From: Ginglymostoma cirratum
Lineage: Eukaryota
NCBI GenBank assembly: GCA_024137785.1
Contig: JAHRHZ010000016.1
Span: 36,043,543-36,107,542 of the forward strand
Direction: 5' to 3'
DNA: 64,000 bases
In this document: piece after piece, positions 37,906 to 51,525 of the stretch
Numbering within the stretch: the first letter of the stretch is position 1
Layout: each line of letters starts with the position of its first letter
The notes under the pieces: model-generated
What the model was told of the DNA's origin: nothing
The model's input: the letters and a program-made list of their open reading frames with translations, nothing else
The model's database searches: none
Program-made: the position numbers and the translations under genes

Positions 37906-40900
37906 TAAGACCATAAGACATAGGAGCAGAAATTAGGCCATTCGGCCTATCGAGTCTGCTCCGTCATTTGATCATGGCTGATAAGTTCCTCAACCCTATT
38001 CTCCCACTTTCTCCCCGTAACCCTTGATCCCCTTGATAATCACGAACCTATCTATCTCCGACTTAAATATACTCAATGACCTGGCCTCCACAGCCTTCTG
38101 TGGCAGTGAATTCCATAGATTCACCACTCTCTGGCTGAAGACGTTTCTCCTTATCTCCATTCTAAAAGGTTTTCTCTTTACTCGAAGGCTGTGCCCTCGG
38201 GTCCTAGTCTCTCCTACCAATGGAAGCATCTTCCCAAAATCCACTCTGTCCAGGCCATTCAGTATTCTGTAAGTTTCAATTAGATCCCCTCCCCCATCCT
38301 TCTAGACTCCAATGAGTATAGTCCCAGAGACCTCAAACGTTCCTCATATGTTAAGCTTCTCATTCCTGGGACCACGTTCGTGAATCTCCTCTGAACCCGC
38401 TCCAGGGCGAGTACATCCTTCCTGAGATATGGGACACAAAACTGCACACAATACTCCACATGTGACCTGACCAGAGCCTTATAAAGCCTCAGTAGTACAT
38501 CGCTGTTTTATATTCAAGACCTCTCAAAATAAATGCCAATATTGCATTTGCCTTCCTGACTATTGACTCAACCTGCAAGTTTACCTTGGGAGAATCCTGG
38601 ACTAGAACTCCCAAGTCTCTTTGCACTTCAGACTTCTGAATTTTCTCCCCATTTAGAAAATAGTCCATGCTTTTATTCTTCTTACCAAAGTGCATGACCT
38701 CACACTTTCCCACGTTGTACTCCATCTGCCACTTCTTTGCTCACTATAACCTGTTCAAATCCTTCTGCAGCTTCCCCGTCTCCTCAATACTACCTGTCCC
38801 TCCACCTATCTTTGTATTGTCTGCAAACTTAGCCAGAATGCCCACAGTTCCTTCATCTAGATCATTAATGTATAAAATGAAAAGTTGTGGTCCCAACACT
38901 GACCCTTGTGGAATGCCAATTGTCACCGGCTTCCATCCTGAGAAATACCCTTTTATCCCCACTCTCTGCTTTCTGCCAGACAGCCAGTCTTCTATCCATG
39001 CTAGCACCTTGTCTCCAACACCATAGGCCCTTATCTTACTCAGCAGCCTCCTGTGTGGCACCTTATCAAAGGCGTTCTTGAAGTCCAGGTAGATAACATG
39101 CATTGGATCTCCTTGGTCTACCCTGCTCGTTAATTCCTTGAAGAATCTGAGCAGATTTATCGGACTGACCTCCCCTTGATGAAACCATGCTGACTTTGCT
39201 TATTTTACTGCACACTGCCAAATATTCAGAAATCTCATCCTTCACAATGGACTCCAAAATCTTACCCACTATCGAGTTTAGGCTAATTGGCTTGTAATTT
39301 TCCATCTTTTGCCTTACTCCCTTTTTAAACAGGGGTGTCACGTTAGTGATTTTCCAGCCCTTTGGGACCCTCCCTGACTCTAGTGATTCCTGAAAGATCA
39401 CCACTAACACCTCCACTGTCTCTTCAGCTATTTCCTTTAGAACTCTGGGGTGTAGTCCATCTGGTTCAGGTTATTTATCCACCTTCAGGCCAATCAGTTT
39501 AACTAGCACCTTTTCCTTGGTGATGGCCACCACACTCAGCCCTGCCTCCGACTCTCTTGAATTTTTGGGATATTACTCATGTCTTCCACCGAGAAGACTG
39601 ACACGAAGCAATTATTCAGTTCCTCAGCCATTTCCTTGTTCCCCGTGACTATCTCTCCACCGTAATTTTCCAGTCGTCCAATGTCCACTTTTGTCTCTCT
39701 TTTGCCCTTTATATATCTAAAGACATTCTTACAGTCTTCATTTATATTACTGGCTAGCTTACCCTCATATTTAATCTTCTCCCTCCTTATTTCTTTTTTT
39801 GTTGCCCTCTGATGGTCTTTGTAAGCTTCCCAATCCTCTGGTTTCTCACTGCCCTTCGCCACATTATATGCTTTCTCTTTTGCTTTTATGCTATCCCTGA
39901 CTTCCTTAGTCAGCCATGGTTGCCTCATCCTCCCTGTACCATGCTTATTTTTCCTAGGAATGAATTTTTGCTGTGTCTCCCGAATTACTCCCAGAAACTC
40001 CTGCCATGGCTGTTCAACTGTCTTTCCTGCTAGACTCCTCTTCCTGTCAATTCTGCTCAGCTCCTCCTTCATACCTCAATAGTTGCCTTTATTCAGCTGT
40101 AATACCGTTACCTCTGATTCTATCTTCTCCCTCTCAAATTGCAGAGTAAATTCTATCATATTATGATCACTGCCCCCTAAGGGTTCCTTCACCTTAAGCT
40201 CCCTTATCAAGTCTGCCTCATTGCACAACACTAAATCCAGTATTGCCTGTCCCCTTGTGGGCTCCACCATGAACTGCTCCAAAAAGCCTCCTCATAGACC
40301 TTCCACAAACTCCTTTTCTTGCAATCCACTACCAACATGATTTTCCCAGTCCACCTGCATTTTGAAATCCCCCATGATCATTGTGACTTTGCCTTTCTGA
40401 CACACCTTTTCTATCTCCCGGTGTATCTTACGCCCCAGCTCCTGACTTCTGTTTGGAGGCCTGTACACAACTCCAACTATTGTTTTTTGACCTTTGCGGT
40501 TCCTCAACTCTCTCCACACAGATTCTACACCATCTGACCCTACTTCATTTCTTCCTATTGATTTAATTTCATTTCTTACTAATAAGGCAACCCCAACCTG
40601 CCTACCTTTTCGATCGGATGAATATCCTTGAATATTCAGTTCCCAATCCTGATCCCCTTGCAGCTACGTCTCCGTGATGCCCACCATGTCATGCCTGCCA
40701 ATTTCGATCTGTGCTACAAGCTTACTTACCTTATTCTTTATACTGTGTGCATTCAGATATAACACCTTCAGTCCTGTATTAACCGTCCCTCTTCTCATTG
40801 TCATTCATTTATCCAGTGTGCTTGAAATTTGATTGCTAGCCCTTTCCAAACACTCTGTCCTATTTGTGTCTGTGCTGGAGACTTTAATAACCTCTCCTGA

Positions 40901-42530
40901 GTTCTCCTTCCCCGTTATTTCTTTCATATTTTTCCACGTAGTTGAATCCATCACTGCATATGTTAACCTGCTGCTTTGTTTCCCACTGGGGCAAGTATCA
41001 CCATTCCCTTCCCCATCACTTTCTAGTTTAAAGTCCTGTCAACCAGCCTATTTATCCTTTTCATTAGAACATTGGTCCCAGCTCGAATCAGGTGGGGACC
41101 ATCCCGACGGTACAGATCCTTCCTGTTCCAATACTGATGCCAGTGCCCCATGAAAATGAACCCCTCTTTCCAGCACCACTCTTTTCGCCACGTGTTTACT
41201 TCCCTTATTCTCATGCCTCTATGCCAATTAGCATGTGGCTTGGGTAGTAATCTGGAGATTATAACCCTTGAGGACCTGTTTTTTAATTTGGTTCCTAGCT
41301 CATGATAATCTCTGAACAGGTCCTCTTTCCTAGTATTGCCTATGTTTTTTGTTCTGGCGTGGACCACAACTATTGGATCCTCCCCCTCCCGCTCCAATAT
41401 CCTTTCAAGCTGGTCAGAGATATCCCTTACCCCGACACCGGGCAGGCAACACACCATGTGCGACTCTCAATCCTGTTTACAAAGGATACTATCTATCCCC
41501 CAAAATATAGGATCCCCTACAACTACCACCTATCTTTTTGCTCCCCCCTCTTGAATGGCCTCCCGTACCACGGTGCAGTGGTCAGTTGGCTCATCATCCC
41601 TCCAGCCCTTTTCCTCATCCACACAGGGAGCAAGTACCTCGTACCTGTTGGACAAGGTCAAGAGCTGAGGCTTCTCTGTTCCTGACTGCAGAATCCCTCT
41701 ACCTGCCTCACTTGCAGTCACCCCCTGCTGTCCCTGGCCACTGACCAAATTTGAAGCACTTAATCTACCAGATGTGACTGCTTCCTGAAACACAGCATCC
41801 AGGTACTTCTCCCCCTCCCAGATGTGCCGCAGTGTTTGAAGCTCCGGTTCCAGCTCATCAATTCTGAGCCGAAGTTCCTCGATTCTGAGCCGAAGTTCCT
41901 CGAATAACCAACACTTGCTGCAGATGTGGTCGCTGCAGTTCGCAATGGGATCAGCTAGCTCCCGCATCATCCAGCTACAACACATCACCTGGCCAGCCAT
42001 TTCTACTTAGCTAATTACTTCATTAATTTATATAATTTATTACAATGAATTAATTAAATTTGCTGATACTTCTTGGTATTTTTCAAATTTAGTGCAGATT
42101 TCCTACCAGCCAATCAGGTCACAGACTCCCTGTGACATCACCCCAGTTTTTTTGGCAGCTAGTGCCCCGAGCTCTGGCCCAGTTGTAGTCACCTCTGCTC
42201 TGCTGCTCCTCCCTCCGACAGCTTCCCGCCAAACAAAAGCAGAGTAAAAGAAAGGAAAAAAAAACTCGCCTTATTGATCCTCCACATAGAGTTTTTTTTT
42301 GGTTAGAGGAGGAGGATGGGTGGGAGACACTACATGTGTATTGTTTCAGGTTTAGCCACTGCCAGAATATATGGTTTTACTTACCCAGCAGTCCCCTCGT
42401 GCTCTCCTGGCTCCCGCCGCTCAACAAGGAAGGCTGCAGTCTCACGAGGTAAGTCTTTTATACAGAAGGCTTACCTTCCCGGTTGCCCTCGTGCTTTCTC
42501 CCAGCTCCCGCCGCAAAACAATGAAGTCTA
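37906..42530 (-). mobile_element. Full-length CR1 LINE 2 (5' UTR, zinc-finger/coiled-coil + esterase ORF1, APE-RT ORF2), frameshifted, nested in CR1 LINE 1
   Basis: ORF1 pieces 41530-42000 (C..C…CSKC, leucine zipper) and 41023-41457 (SGNH-like CLPG…DGPHL); ORF2 GVVYRPP, MGDF, LDLVL, GSDH, DFKNAFDKVPH, FADN; ataagaccataagac tail. Confidence 0.93.
41861..41902. repeat. 21 bp tandem duplication (x2) in CR1 ORF1
   Basis: attctgagccgaagttcctcg twice; encodes EELRLRI EELRLRI. Confidence 0.95.
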
Positions 42531-44110
42531 AGGTATATTCCTTCAGAATATTCCTAAGGTATCTGCAATCTCTCTACACATCTGCTTCTCTAGTAGTTGC
42601 TGGCTATTTGGGTGTCTACAATATAATCCCAATAGAGTTACTATCCCCTTCTTGTTTCTGAGTTCTAACCATATGGCCTCATTGGATGACCCCCAAAGAA
42701 TACCCTCTCTAAGCACTGTTACTATGCCCTCCCTTATCAAAAGGGCAACTCTCCTTCATCGCTTACGTGTACTTCTGTCACATCTGTAGTTTCTGTATCC
42801 TGGAAAATTGAGCTGACAGTCCTGGCCTTCTCTCAGCCAAGTTTCTGTTATGGCTGTAATATCCCAGTCCCCAGAGTCAGTCCATGCTCTGAACTCATCT
42901 GTCTTACCAGTCAGGCCTCATGCATTAAGATAAATCCACTTTAAACCAGAAGTCTTTTCCCTTCTTTTCCTGTAACCCTGGCTATCCTGAATAGTAAACT
43001 TGCTCTCGATGGCTAATGATTTTACCCTGACTTCTCGATGGCACCCCTCTTATTCAGAGCCCCACCGCAGCACTCCCTGCCCCCCCCCGCCAAACTCGTT
43101 TAAACCGCCCCAGGTAACACTAGCAAATCTCCCCGCAAGGGTATTGGACCCCTCCGGTTCAAATGTATCTCATCCCACTTTTGCAGGTCACCTCTACCCC
43201 AGAAGAGATCCCAATGATCCAAGAACTCAAAAGCCTGCCGTCTACACCAGCACCTCAGCCACACATTAATCTGGCCCATTTTTCTATTTCCATCCTCATT
43301 GGCACATGGCACTGGGAGTAATCCTGAGATCACTACCCTTGAGGCCTGCTTTTTAACTTCTTACCTAACTCCCTATACTCATTTCTCAGGACCCCATCTC
43401 TTTGTCTACTTATGACATTTGTACTGATGTGCACAATCACCTCTGGCTGTTCACCCTCTCCCTTCAGAATGTTCTGCAACCGCGCTGAGACACCCTTGAC
43501 CTTGGCACATAGAGGCAACATGCCATCTTGGTGTCTCTTCTGTGACCACAGAATCTACTGTCTATTCTCCCTCATGGTATTGCTCTGTCTGACTGCACTC
43601 TTTCTCTCAGCACTGGTCACAGCGCCACTGACCTGACCGCTGCTGCACTTCCCTGATAGGTCATCTACCCAACAGTGTCTGAAGCATCCTATTGAGGCGA
43701 ATGGCCACAGAGGAACCCTGCACTATCTGCCTTCCCCTTTTACCTCTTCTGGTGGTCACCCAGCTACCTGCAGCCTGCACCTTAGGAGCAACCACTTAAC
43801 TATAGCTCTTAACAATGATATTCTCTGCACCCTGGATGTTCCTGAGTGCATCCAGCTCCAGCTCCAGTTCCCTAACGTGGTCTGTCAGGAGCTGCAACTG
43901 GGTACACTTCTCACAGGTGTAGCCACCAGGGACACTGGAAGTCTCCCTGATCTCCCACATCCTGCAAGAGGAGCATGCCACTGCCCTAACTGCCATCCCT
44001 ACCGCCTTCAGTCCAGACAGAAAGAAAGTAGAGTTAAAGAACCCTTATCTGCTCTTACCTGTACCCCTGCTCAGCCTCCTCATGCCAAAACCTCTCGCGC
44101 AAACACAATA
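42531..44110 (-). mobile_element. CR1 LINE 1, 5' part (EN N-terminus, ORF1 esterase and zinc finger)
   Basis: EAIWLELRNKKG…GLYCRHP continues into NRVIFVGDFNF at 37905; ORF1 CSSCRMWE…CEKC; VIVHISTN, DEIHLNRRG. Confidence 0.9.
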
Positions 44111-44164
44111 TTCCTTTACCCTGAAAGGTCAAAAGTCTATTTCCGTCTTTAGCATATTGTACAT

Positions 44165-44800
44165 TAGAGTGTCCACAACTCTCTGCAAGAAAGAATTCCA
44201 AATAGTCACAATCTTACACTTAAAGGAATTTCTCTTTATTTCAGTCCTAAATAATTAACTTGTCCCTTTATCCTTGTCCTTTTCGTTCTAGGAACAACCT
44301 CTCAGCATCTTCTCTGTCTAGCCCTTTTGGTGTCTTGTATGGTTTAATGAAATCACCTCCACTTCTTCTAAATTCTACAGAACATAAGCCACAGCCTCTC
44401 ATCATTGGACAACGCACTCAATCCAGGGACCAATTTGGTAAATTTTCATGTTCCTCTCCAATACACATATATCCCTCTTTAAATATGGACACCAAAATTG
44501 CACACTAAATGTATTCCAAATCATTGAAAAACCTTCCAATCTTTGTACTCCAATCCCCTGGCAATTGAGGCCAACTTGCCTTTTGCCTTGTTAACTGAAA
44601 GCTAAATTTCCATCTTCCTTGTACAAGTATACCCAAGTCTCTCTGAACAATGTTACAAGTTTCACACCTTTTAAAGATATTCTGCTTTTCTAATCTTACT
44701 AGAAAAATGAAAAAACTCACACTTCCGCACATTATATTCCATCTGCCACCTTGTTGCCCACTCACCTGTCTATGCCTTTCTGCAACCTCGTTGTTCCCTT
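44165..44800 (-). mobile_element. Old CR1 3' fragment
   Basis: VQRDLGILVQ; caccaaaattgcacac. Confidence 0.7.
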
Positions 44801-45411
44801 GTACATTGTAAAACATTAGTACCTGAAAGGACAGATGGAGGAAAATAACTAGGTGGGAGTAAAAATTGGCAACAGGAATCTAAAACACTGACAGCATATG
44901 CAATAATTAGTCCTCTTGTCTTCCATGTCGTGAGCTGCTCTTCAGCATAAATAGCGTGAACTAGAGACACTGGCCAAGCTTCGGGATGAATCATGGCTCA
45001 CGGTCCCAATGAACCATAGTCTGGATTTGGGAACCTTTAAAAGGTCTTAATCATGCACCTCATGGCCTCCTCTTCAGTTCCATGTTCCCTCCAACGGTCC
45101 CCATGTCATTCATGACCCTTCCGTGCTCACTCACCCATTTTGTATAACGTAGAGAACTATTGAACTATGTAATAACATTTGCAAGACCTGAAATCCTGAG
45201 GGGAAAAAAAGGCACCTACTCGGAAATCTACTTTGAAAAAAATGCTGTTATTGCTATCCCTTAAATTTTCAATCAGAAAGAGCCATTCATAGTATCAATA
45301 ACAGAAACATTCCCTCACTTCAAACTGCTTAACCTATCTAAATAATTAAACAAACACTGATAAAACAGAATAAAATAAACATATTATAACTGAAATAACT
45401 CCACAGTAGCC

Positions 45412-45618
45412 GGTATCCCGTCACTAAGTCACCCTTTGTTTACATGTGGAATGATCTTGACACTGATCAAGCTTCCTCAGAGCCAGCTCTCAGAGTGAAG
45501 AGGATGTCTGACACTCCTGTCCTTACCTGTCAGCCAGGGCTCCCTAATAGGACCAGATTAACAGCCTCAATCAGGGAACTCATATGCTATGAAGTCCACC
45601 AGCCTGACCTCATTACAA
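45412..45618 (-). mobile_element. Solo LTR
   Basis: Minus strand begins TGTAATGAGG; homologous to 6197-6416. Confidence 0.6.
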
Positions 45619-45677
45619 ACACCAAAATAACCTGATAAAAATGTCAATAAATCAAAAGACACACCCGATTTCCATCA

Positions 45678-45800
45678 GAGATAAAAGGTACTGCAGATGC
45701 TGGAGAATCCGAGATAACAAGCATGGGGCTGGATGAACACAGCAGGTCAAGCAACATCATAGGAGCAGGAAAACTTGATGTTTCAGGCCTAAACCCTTCT
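45678..45800 (-). mobile_element. Family B single arm, truncated inside the hammerhead
   Basis: Near-identical to 33995-34116. Confidence 0.9.
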
Positions 45801-47067
45801 GTCTACTGAGGTGATCAGTTATTAGCCTTGAAGCTCAGTCATACTTTCATAATGCAGTCATCTGGAAATCGGAATAACAGAGATAGCTGTCCCAGCCTCT
45901 GTGTCTCCAAATGGGTCCATGACTTTCCAAATAGCCTGCCTCTGCACTTGTTCTCTCCTCTGGACACCTTCAATCAATTTCCAGGGTTGGTGGGTCTGAT
46001 TTGATCCCACCCTCACCTGCCTCGAGTGAATATTCTGTACAATGCAATCCTTCTTATTGAGATGAATCTGCAGAGTCAGGAAATTTCCCCATATGAACTA
46101 CCAGCCTACGAAATACCAAACATCCAGCTGATTATCCTTCATTGCAACATCATAACCAATGAAGAATCTCAAATTCAACTCCTGCATTTGGGTACAAATT
46201 AGATTATTGTGTCTTTTTTTTGTTTCTAGTGATCCATAATCAAAAGGATGTCACATCATATCCTTCGATATCATTCACAAACACTTTTCCCCTGATTGGT
46301 AGCAATCATGCACAGAATGCTGGTTAATCCTTTCCTCTCTCTGGCCAGAACTATTGAGGACAATTATATCACCAAAACTGCTGTATCAACTAAGATCAAC
46401 TAAACCACTCATCACAGACAGACGGTTGAAACTAAGGCCTCCAGTTTGTGATACCTTGGCTGACATTAAAGAATACATTTTGAGGAATCCGTGTTAGTGT
46501 CTGGGTAAAGTAATAGCAAACAGCCTTTTGTTTAATTAAATATTTTGAAAAAGATAACTTTGGGGATGTAATAAAAAAAGCCGTTCTTAGCCACAGAAAA
46601 TAAGCATTTCAGCAAGTACCATAATTATCAAACTGAGCATTTATATTTTCTTATGACTCAATATCCAAAACCATATCTGCTGTAAAAGGCGCAAACATTA
46701 TAAAATTAAGTTTGGGTTTTTCTATCAAATAATCTCTTCCACACCAAAGTAGTGGCATCGGAGTACTTTGGGAGGCTTCTGTGTATTTTTCCAATCTGTG
46801 TAAGTGTGTCCTACAATGAAAAAGAATAAAATTAAGGAAAGATTAGAAATGATGACTATCTAAAATAAAAACATCTTAGAAATATAATCCAGGCCAGTCA
46901 ACAGATTTAGACAGTAAACATTCTCCCATTCTAAACTCCGCCATTCCCTGAGTCTATTACATATCAGGCCAGAATTTGAGCCATTCAATCTTTGCTCTTC
47001 CTAGTGTTGGCAATTAGCTTCTAGGGTTGCGACTGGTATTGGCCCTAAACAAGTATGGTCAGTGTTG

Positions 47068-47133
47068 GAGCAGGTCTGGTAGCATCTGTACATAGATAAC
47101 CAGAGTTAACATTTTGAGTCCAATGATCCTTCA
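47068..47133 (-). mobile_element. Family A single-arm fragment
   Basis: gagcaggtctggtagcatctgt…cagagttaacattttgagtcc. Confidence 0.65.
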
Positions 47134-48319
47134 CCAGTGAGGTTGGTAGACCAATTCTGTGTGATCCTGTTACTGCCTGCATTAGGTGAGCATATTCTGC
47201 TGGTTTTGCATTCAATTTGGATGCAACCTAATTCCCAGGCTTTTCTATTTACATGTCTGAATTTACCTGCTTTGTCAGCAATTTCAATTTAGGTACAGAA
47301 AATAATTGAGGAACAAGTCTTCCTTTCAAATTCTACTGAAGCAGTAATTTACAAATATATTAACTTTCACACTTTTAAATCAAAAGTAACAACTTTCCTG
47401 ATGGCAATACTGAAATAATAGTGAAGTTCTGCTGACCAAACAATATCCCTTGAACAATATACAGCTTATAAGTTCTGACTGAAGTCCAAATCTAAATTAG
47501 CCATGGGGGTATCATTTACAATCAGTTGGACCGTTCCAAATCCTGCTTTTCTTTAACTCAGCAGTCCTGTTGCATGGTGCTGATGGTTTACAACAGGCTT
47601 GTCCAATAGATGGCCTACAGGCCAGAACATAGCCCTCCAGGGGTCCTATTTGGAATAGGAATTGGGTTCCAAATATAGGCAAGTGCCGTACCTATGCAAC
47701 ATCTGATAGAGAATGCTCCTCCAATCAGAAGCCATTTCTTTTCTGGATTTGCTGCTGTTTTGGGGTTGGGGAGGCATGTGGAAGAGAAAGTACCACGTTC
47801 AATATCATGATAACTGGTGGTAAAGTAACAGGCAACAGTCAATGTTTTAAAAGATTCCTTTCAGTCGACTGAGGAATAACAATTCTAAAGATTATCAAAC
47901 TAAGTTGATATTTTCATCTCATGATGGAACATCTTATGCGTAGGGGATTTCATTTTCTCTCGATATGTGGTCCTGGCAAGTGCTGGGATTGTTGAAAAGG
48001 AAACTATTTCTCTTGAAATTCACTTCTGACTTCACAGCAGTGCCAGTAACCCATTCTGACTTTAGGGAGATAAGAGACAATGGAGGTGCCACTGCATAAC
48101 TAGATATAACACATAGGCTACCAACTAGTGGGAAAGATACAGAGGAACAAATTTGCCAGAGATTATGGAGAGGTGGAAAACTGTGGAGTCAATGCAATGG
48201 GAACTTTAATTATTCTAACAATAATAGCATAAAGGACAAAAGTGGAGAAGAATTTATGAAGCATGTTCAGGAGAATTTTCTTAATCAGGACATTTCTAGC
48301 CAAATGAGAAAGAAGACCC

Positions 48320-48527
48320 TCTGGGTGCTCCGGTTTCCTCCCACAATCCAAAGATGTGCAGGTTTGGTGGACTGGCCATGCTAAATTGCCCATAATGTTC
48401 AGGGATGTGTAGAGTAGGTGGGTTTATTGGGGGATGGGTCTGGATGGGATGCTCCGAGGGTCGGTGTGGACATGTTGGGCCAAAGGGCCTGTTTCCACAC
48501 CATACAGATTCTATGATATGATATGAT
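48320..48527 (+). mobile_element. 5'-truncated HE1-like V-SINE
   Basis: gggtgctccggtttcctcccacaatccaaagatgtgcagg V-domain; gggccaaagggcctgtttcc tail and (tatga)n. Confidence 0.85.
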
Positions 48528-48807
48528 AAATAAGAGCAGAGGCATTGACCGTGATCTTCAAACAACCCTGAAACACAAGGATAGTACTAGATGATGACAG
48601 AATTGCCAATGTTACATCTAACGTCAAGAAGAGTGTAAAGATAAACCTAGCAACTACACCAATCAGTTTCACCTTGCTGCAGTGGGAGTGCTCAGAAACA
48701 ATTATCTTGAATAAAATTAACAATCACTTGGATTATTAAGAAAAAATCAGCATAAGGTTTTGTAAAATAATTGTTAGATTGAGCAAAAATCTCCATCATC
48801 TAAAATA

Positions 48808-48905
48808 GAGATAACACAGTGTGGAACTGGAGGAACACAGCAGGCCAGGCAGCATCAGAGGAACAGGAAGGTTGCCGTTTCGGGTTGGGACCTTTCTTCA
48901 GAAAA
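48808..48905 (-). mobile_element. Family C single arm with near-intact hammerhead
   Basis: Minus strand CUGAAGA-A-AGGUCCCAACCC-GAAAC-GGC (cleavage triplet mutated). Confidence 0.8.
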
Positions 48906-48914
48906 ATAAATCCA

Positions 48915-49790
48915 TTCACAGAGATAGCGGATATTCAACTTCAATCAAAATACATTCACACATACTCTTAACAATAAGGAAGCCAACTGGCCATAAAGCG
49001 AACACCAGAAATGCAATGGCAACACAGATTTGAAAGGAGATAACGGGGCACATTATCTGTGTAACTGCTAGCCCTGATCTGACCTGAAGAGAGAGCCTTT
49101 TCAACAACAAGCTTCTGCACAAACATGTTCCCCACAGGCTTCCAGCCCCAAAAAGCAGCTTCAGAACCAAGAACCACAGAGGCTGAACAGAGAAGCTGAA
49201 TCGGTAAGCAAACCAAGGGCACCATCGGAACAAAGGACATCCGAGAGGGGGGAAGCCGACCAAGCGCCATCTGAACAACAGCTTCCAGACATGGGCCCGT
49301 TCTGAACCAAGAGAACCAACGACAAGAAACTCAGCAACTGGGTGCACTTAAAAATCACATTTTCCTCAGTGATGAACTTAAACTCCTGAGATCCCAAAGT
49401 TTCCTACCTACCTAGCAGGGAAGGGAAGGCAGATGGTAACCGAGCATGACACCCCAAGGGAAGAAAGCCTGATTAAAGTTTCTGTGATTAAAACTGCTGT
49501 TTAGATTCTAATAGAAGTTAATCTGTGTTTAATTTAATAGTGAATTTAATCACTGTCCTCGATAATAGATAGTGGTCACTTCACTGTTTAGTGCTTTTAC
49601 CTGTATTTCTTGTATTATACTTAGCTTTTGTTCTTAAATAAACACAGAGATTCTTTTGCCCTGAAACACCTGTCTACTGCTTTCTTCATTTCACATTCCC
49701 TAAATAAGTCTAGTGTCAGAACCAGGGATCTGGGGGTGTTTCGAACCACCTAAAATCCACAAATTACTGAGTGCAAACCAGAAACCTACA
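48915..49790 (+). mobile_element. Putative solo LTR
   Basis: Non-coding insert splitting a CR1 RT; AATAAA at about 49637; ends in …TACA. Confidence 0.4.
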
Positions 49791-51317
49791 AACAAAGTGC
49801 TGATGCGCTGTACATAGACTTCCAAAAGATGTTTGATAAAGTCTCACATAATACATTCCTGAGCAAAGCTGAAGCTATGGAGTTAAAGGGGCAGAGGCAG
49901 CATGGATTCAGATGAGCTGAAAAACAGGAACAGAAAGTAGTTACTTGTAGACTGGAAGGAGACTGGGATGCAACAGAGTTCACCAAGGGTTGTGCTAGGA
50001 CCACTGATTTTTGTGATATACATTAATGACTCGTTCTTGAGTGAACAGGACATTTACTTCAAAATTTGAACATGACAAAACTAAGAAATGTAGTGAATAG
50101 TAGTAGCATTGTGATAGACTTTAAGAGATCATAATCAGGCTGGTGAAATGAGCAGACACATGACTGCTTAAATTAAACACAGAGAAGTATGGTGTGATGC
50201 ATTTTGATAGGAAGATTGAGAGAGGGCAATATAAGCTAAAAGGTACAATTCTAAAGAAGGTGCAAGAGCAGAGAAACCCAGGAAATATGCGTACAAATCA
50301 TTGAATTTGGCAGGGAAGGTTGAGAAAGAAGTTAAAATAGCATATGAGATCCTGGACTTTACAAATAGAGACACAGGGCAAAAAAGGATGTTATAATAAT
50401 CCTTTATAAACCAGAAATATTTACAATCATGGCTCCTTCTTATGGACTGAGGTAAGGGTAAGGTTGAAAGGAGTTTTATTAGAGTTGTTCAAAATTATGA
50501 AGATCTTGACAGTGTAGAGAGAAACTGTTCCCCTGGGGAAGATAGAACCAAAGGACCAAGGGTTTTAGGTGACTGGCAAAAGAACCAAAGCTACCAAGAG
50601 GAAGATACAGTTTACATAGCAAGTAATTATGATTTGAAATGTACTGCTTGATGAAGTGCTGGAGGAGATTCAATTGTGGCTCTCATAAGGGAATTAGATG
50701 TTTATTTGAGAGTGTAAATAAATGGCTGGGTTATAGGGAAACAGCAGAAGAATAGGATTAGTTGGATTACTCTTGCAGACACCAACTGAGTCTCAATAGA
50801 CAAAATAGCCCTCTGCTTTGCTGTAACCTGTGAACATTTGACACCCAGTTTATGGGATGGGGTACGTAGGTGCTAATGAGGCAAACTGAATGAAAATGTG
50901 ACACAAAATCTCATATTACCAGTTTGTTTCTGCAGAATCTCCTAAACACACAGGCTCCTGCTACAAACCAAAGTCAATGTCATATGGTCACATTTAGAGT
51001 GAAAATCAACCTAGCAGGACTGTGGAAACACAGGAGGCACTTCAGAAATGACAGAATGAGTTGAATGGATTATAGAAATGGGCATTTGAAATTTAGTAGG
51101 CACATAGGCTGAAACAGTAAATGAGAAAGCATTCTCCATGATAGCGTTTAAAACAGTTCTAGATGAATCTGAAGGGATCTAGGAGACTTAATGTGAAGTA
51201 TGTTTAGTCCATTCAGATTAACACAACACACTCTTGAACTACACTGTCAAAACTGTGAAATGTGTGTAAGAGAAAGTTGTGGTTAGCCTGAACCTTGACA
51301 ACTGCCTCCAGTTCTCT

Positions 51318-51525
51318 AATGGGAGTGCCGGCGTTGGAATGGAGTTGGCAAAGTCAGAAGTCACATGACACCAGGTTATAGTCCAATAGGTTTATTTGAA
51401 ATCACAAGCTTTCAGAGCACTGCTGCTTCGTTAGGTGACCTGACAAAGGGGCTATGCTCCAAAAGCTTGTGATTTCAAATAAATCTGCTGGGCTACACGC
51501 TGGTGTCATGTGACTTCTGACTTTA
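51318..51525 (-). mobile_element. Fold-back element, family E (AGCU-type hammerhead)
   Basis: Arms 51350-51436 / 51438-51524; TSD tccagttctct (51307-51317) / tccagttccct (51526-51536); arm consensus cac-CUGACGA-A-GGAGC-AGU-GCUCC-GAAAG-CUU-gug. Confidence 0.85.

Larger units (their letters stand above)
48100..50830 (+). mobile_element. Old fragmented CR1 with nested SINE, Penelope-type arm and LTR-like insert
   Basis: MGTLII/GDFN-like remnant, ccaatcagtttcacc, YIDFQKMFDKV, caagggttgtgctagga, 3' tail near 50790-50830. Confidence 0.7.

Noticed and set aside
32447-40082. Plus-strand ORFs such as 32447-32905 and 38667-39026
   Set aside because: Antisense frames of CR1 ORF2.
48916-49397. Overlapping minus-strand ORFs of 78-143 aa
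   Set aside because: Inside a putative LTR-like insert; no domain recognised.
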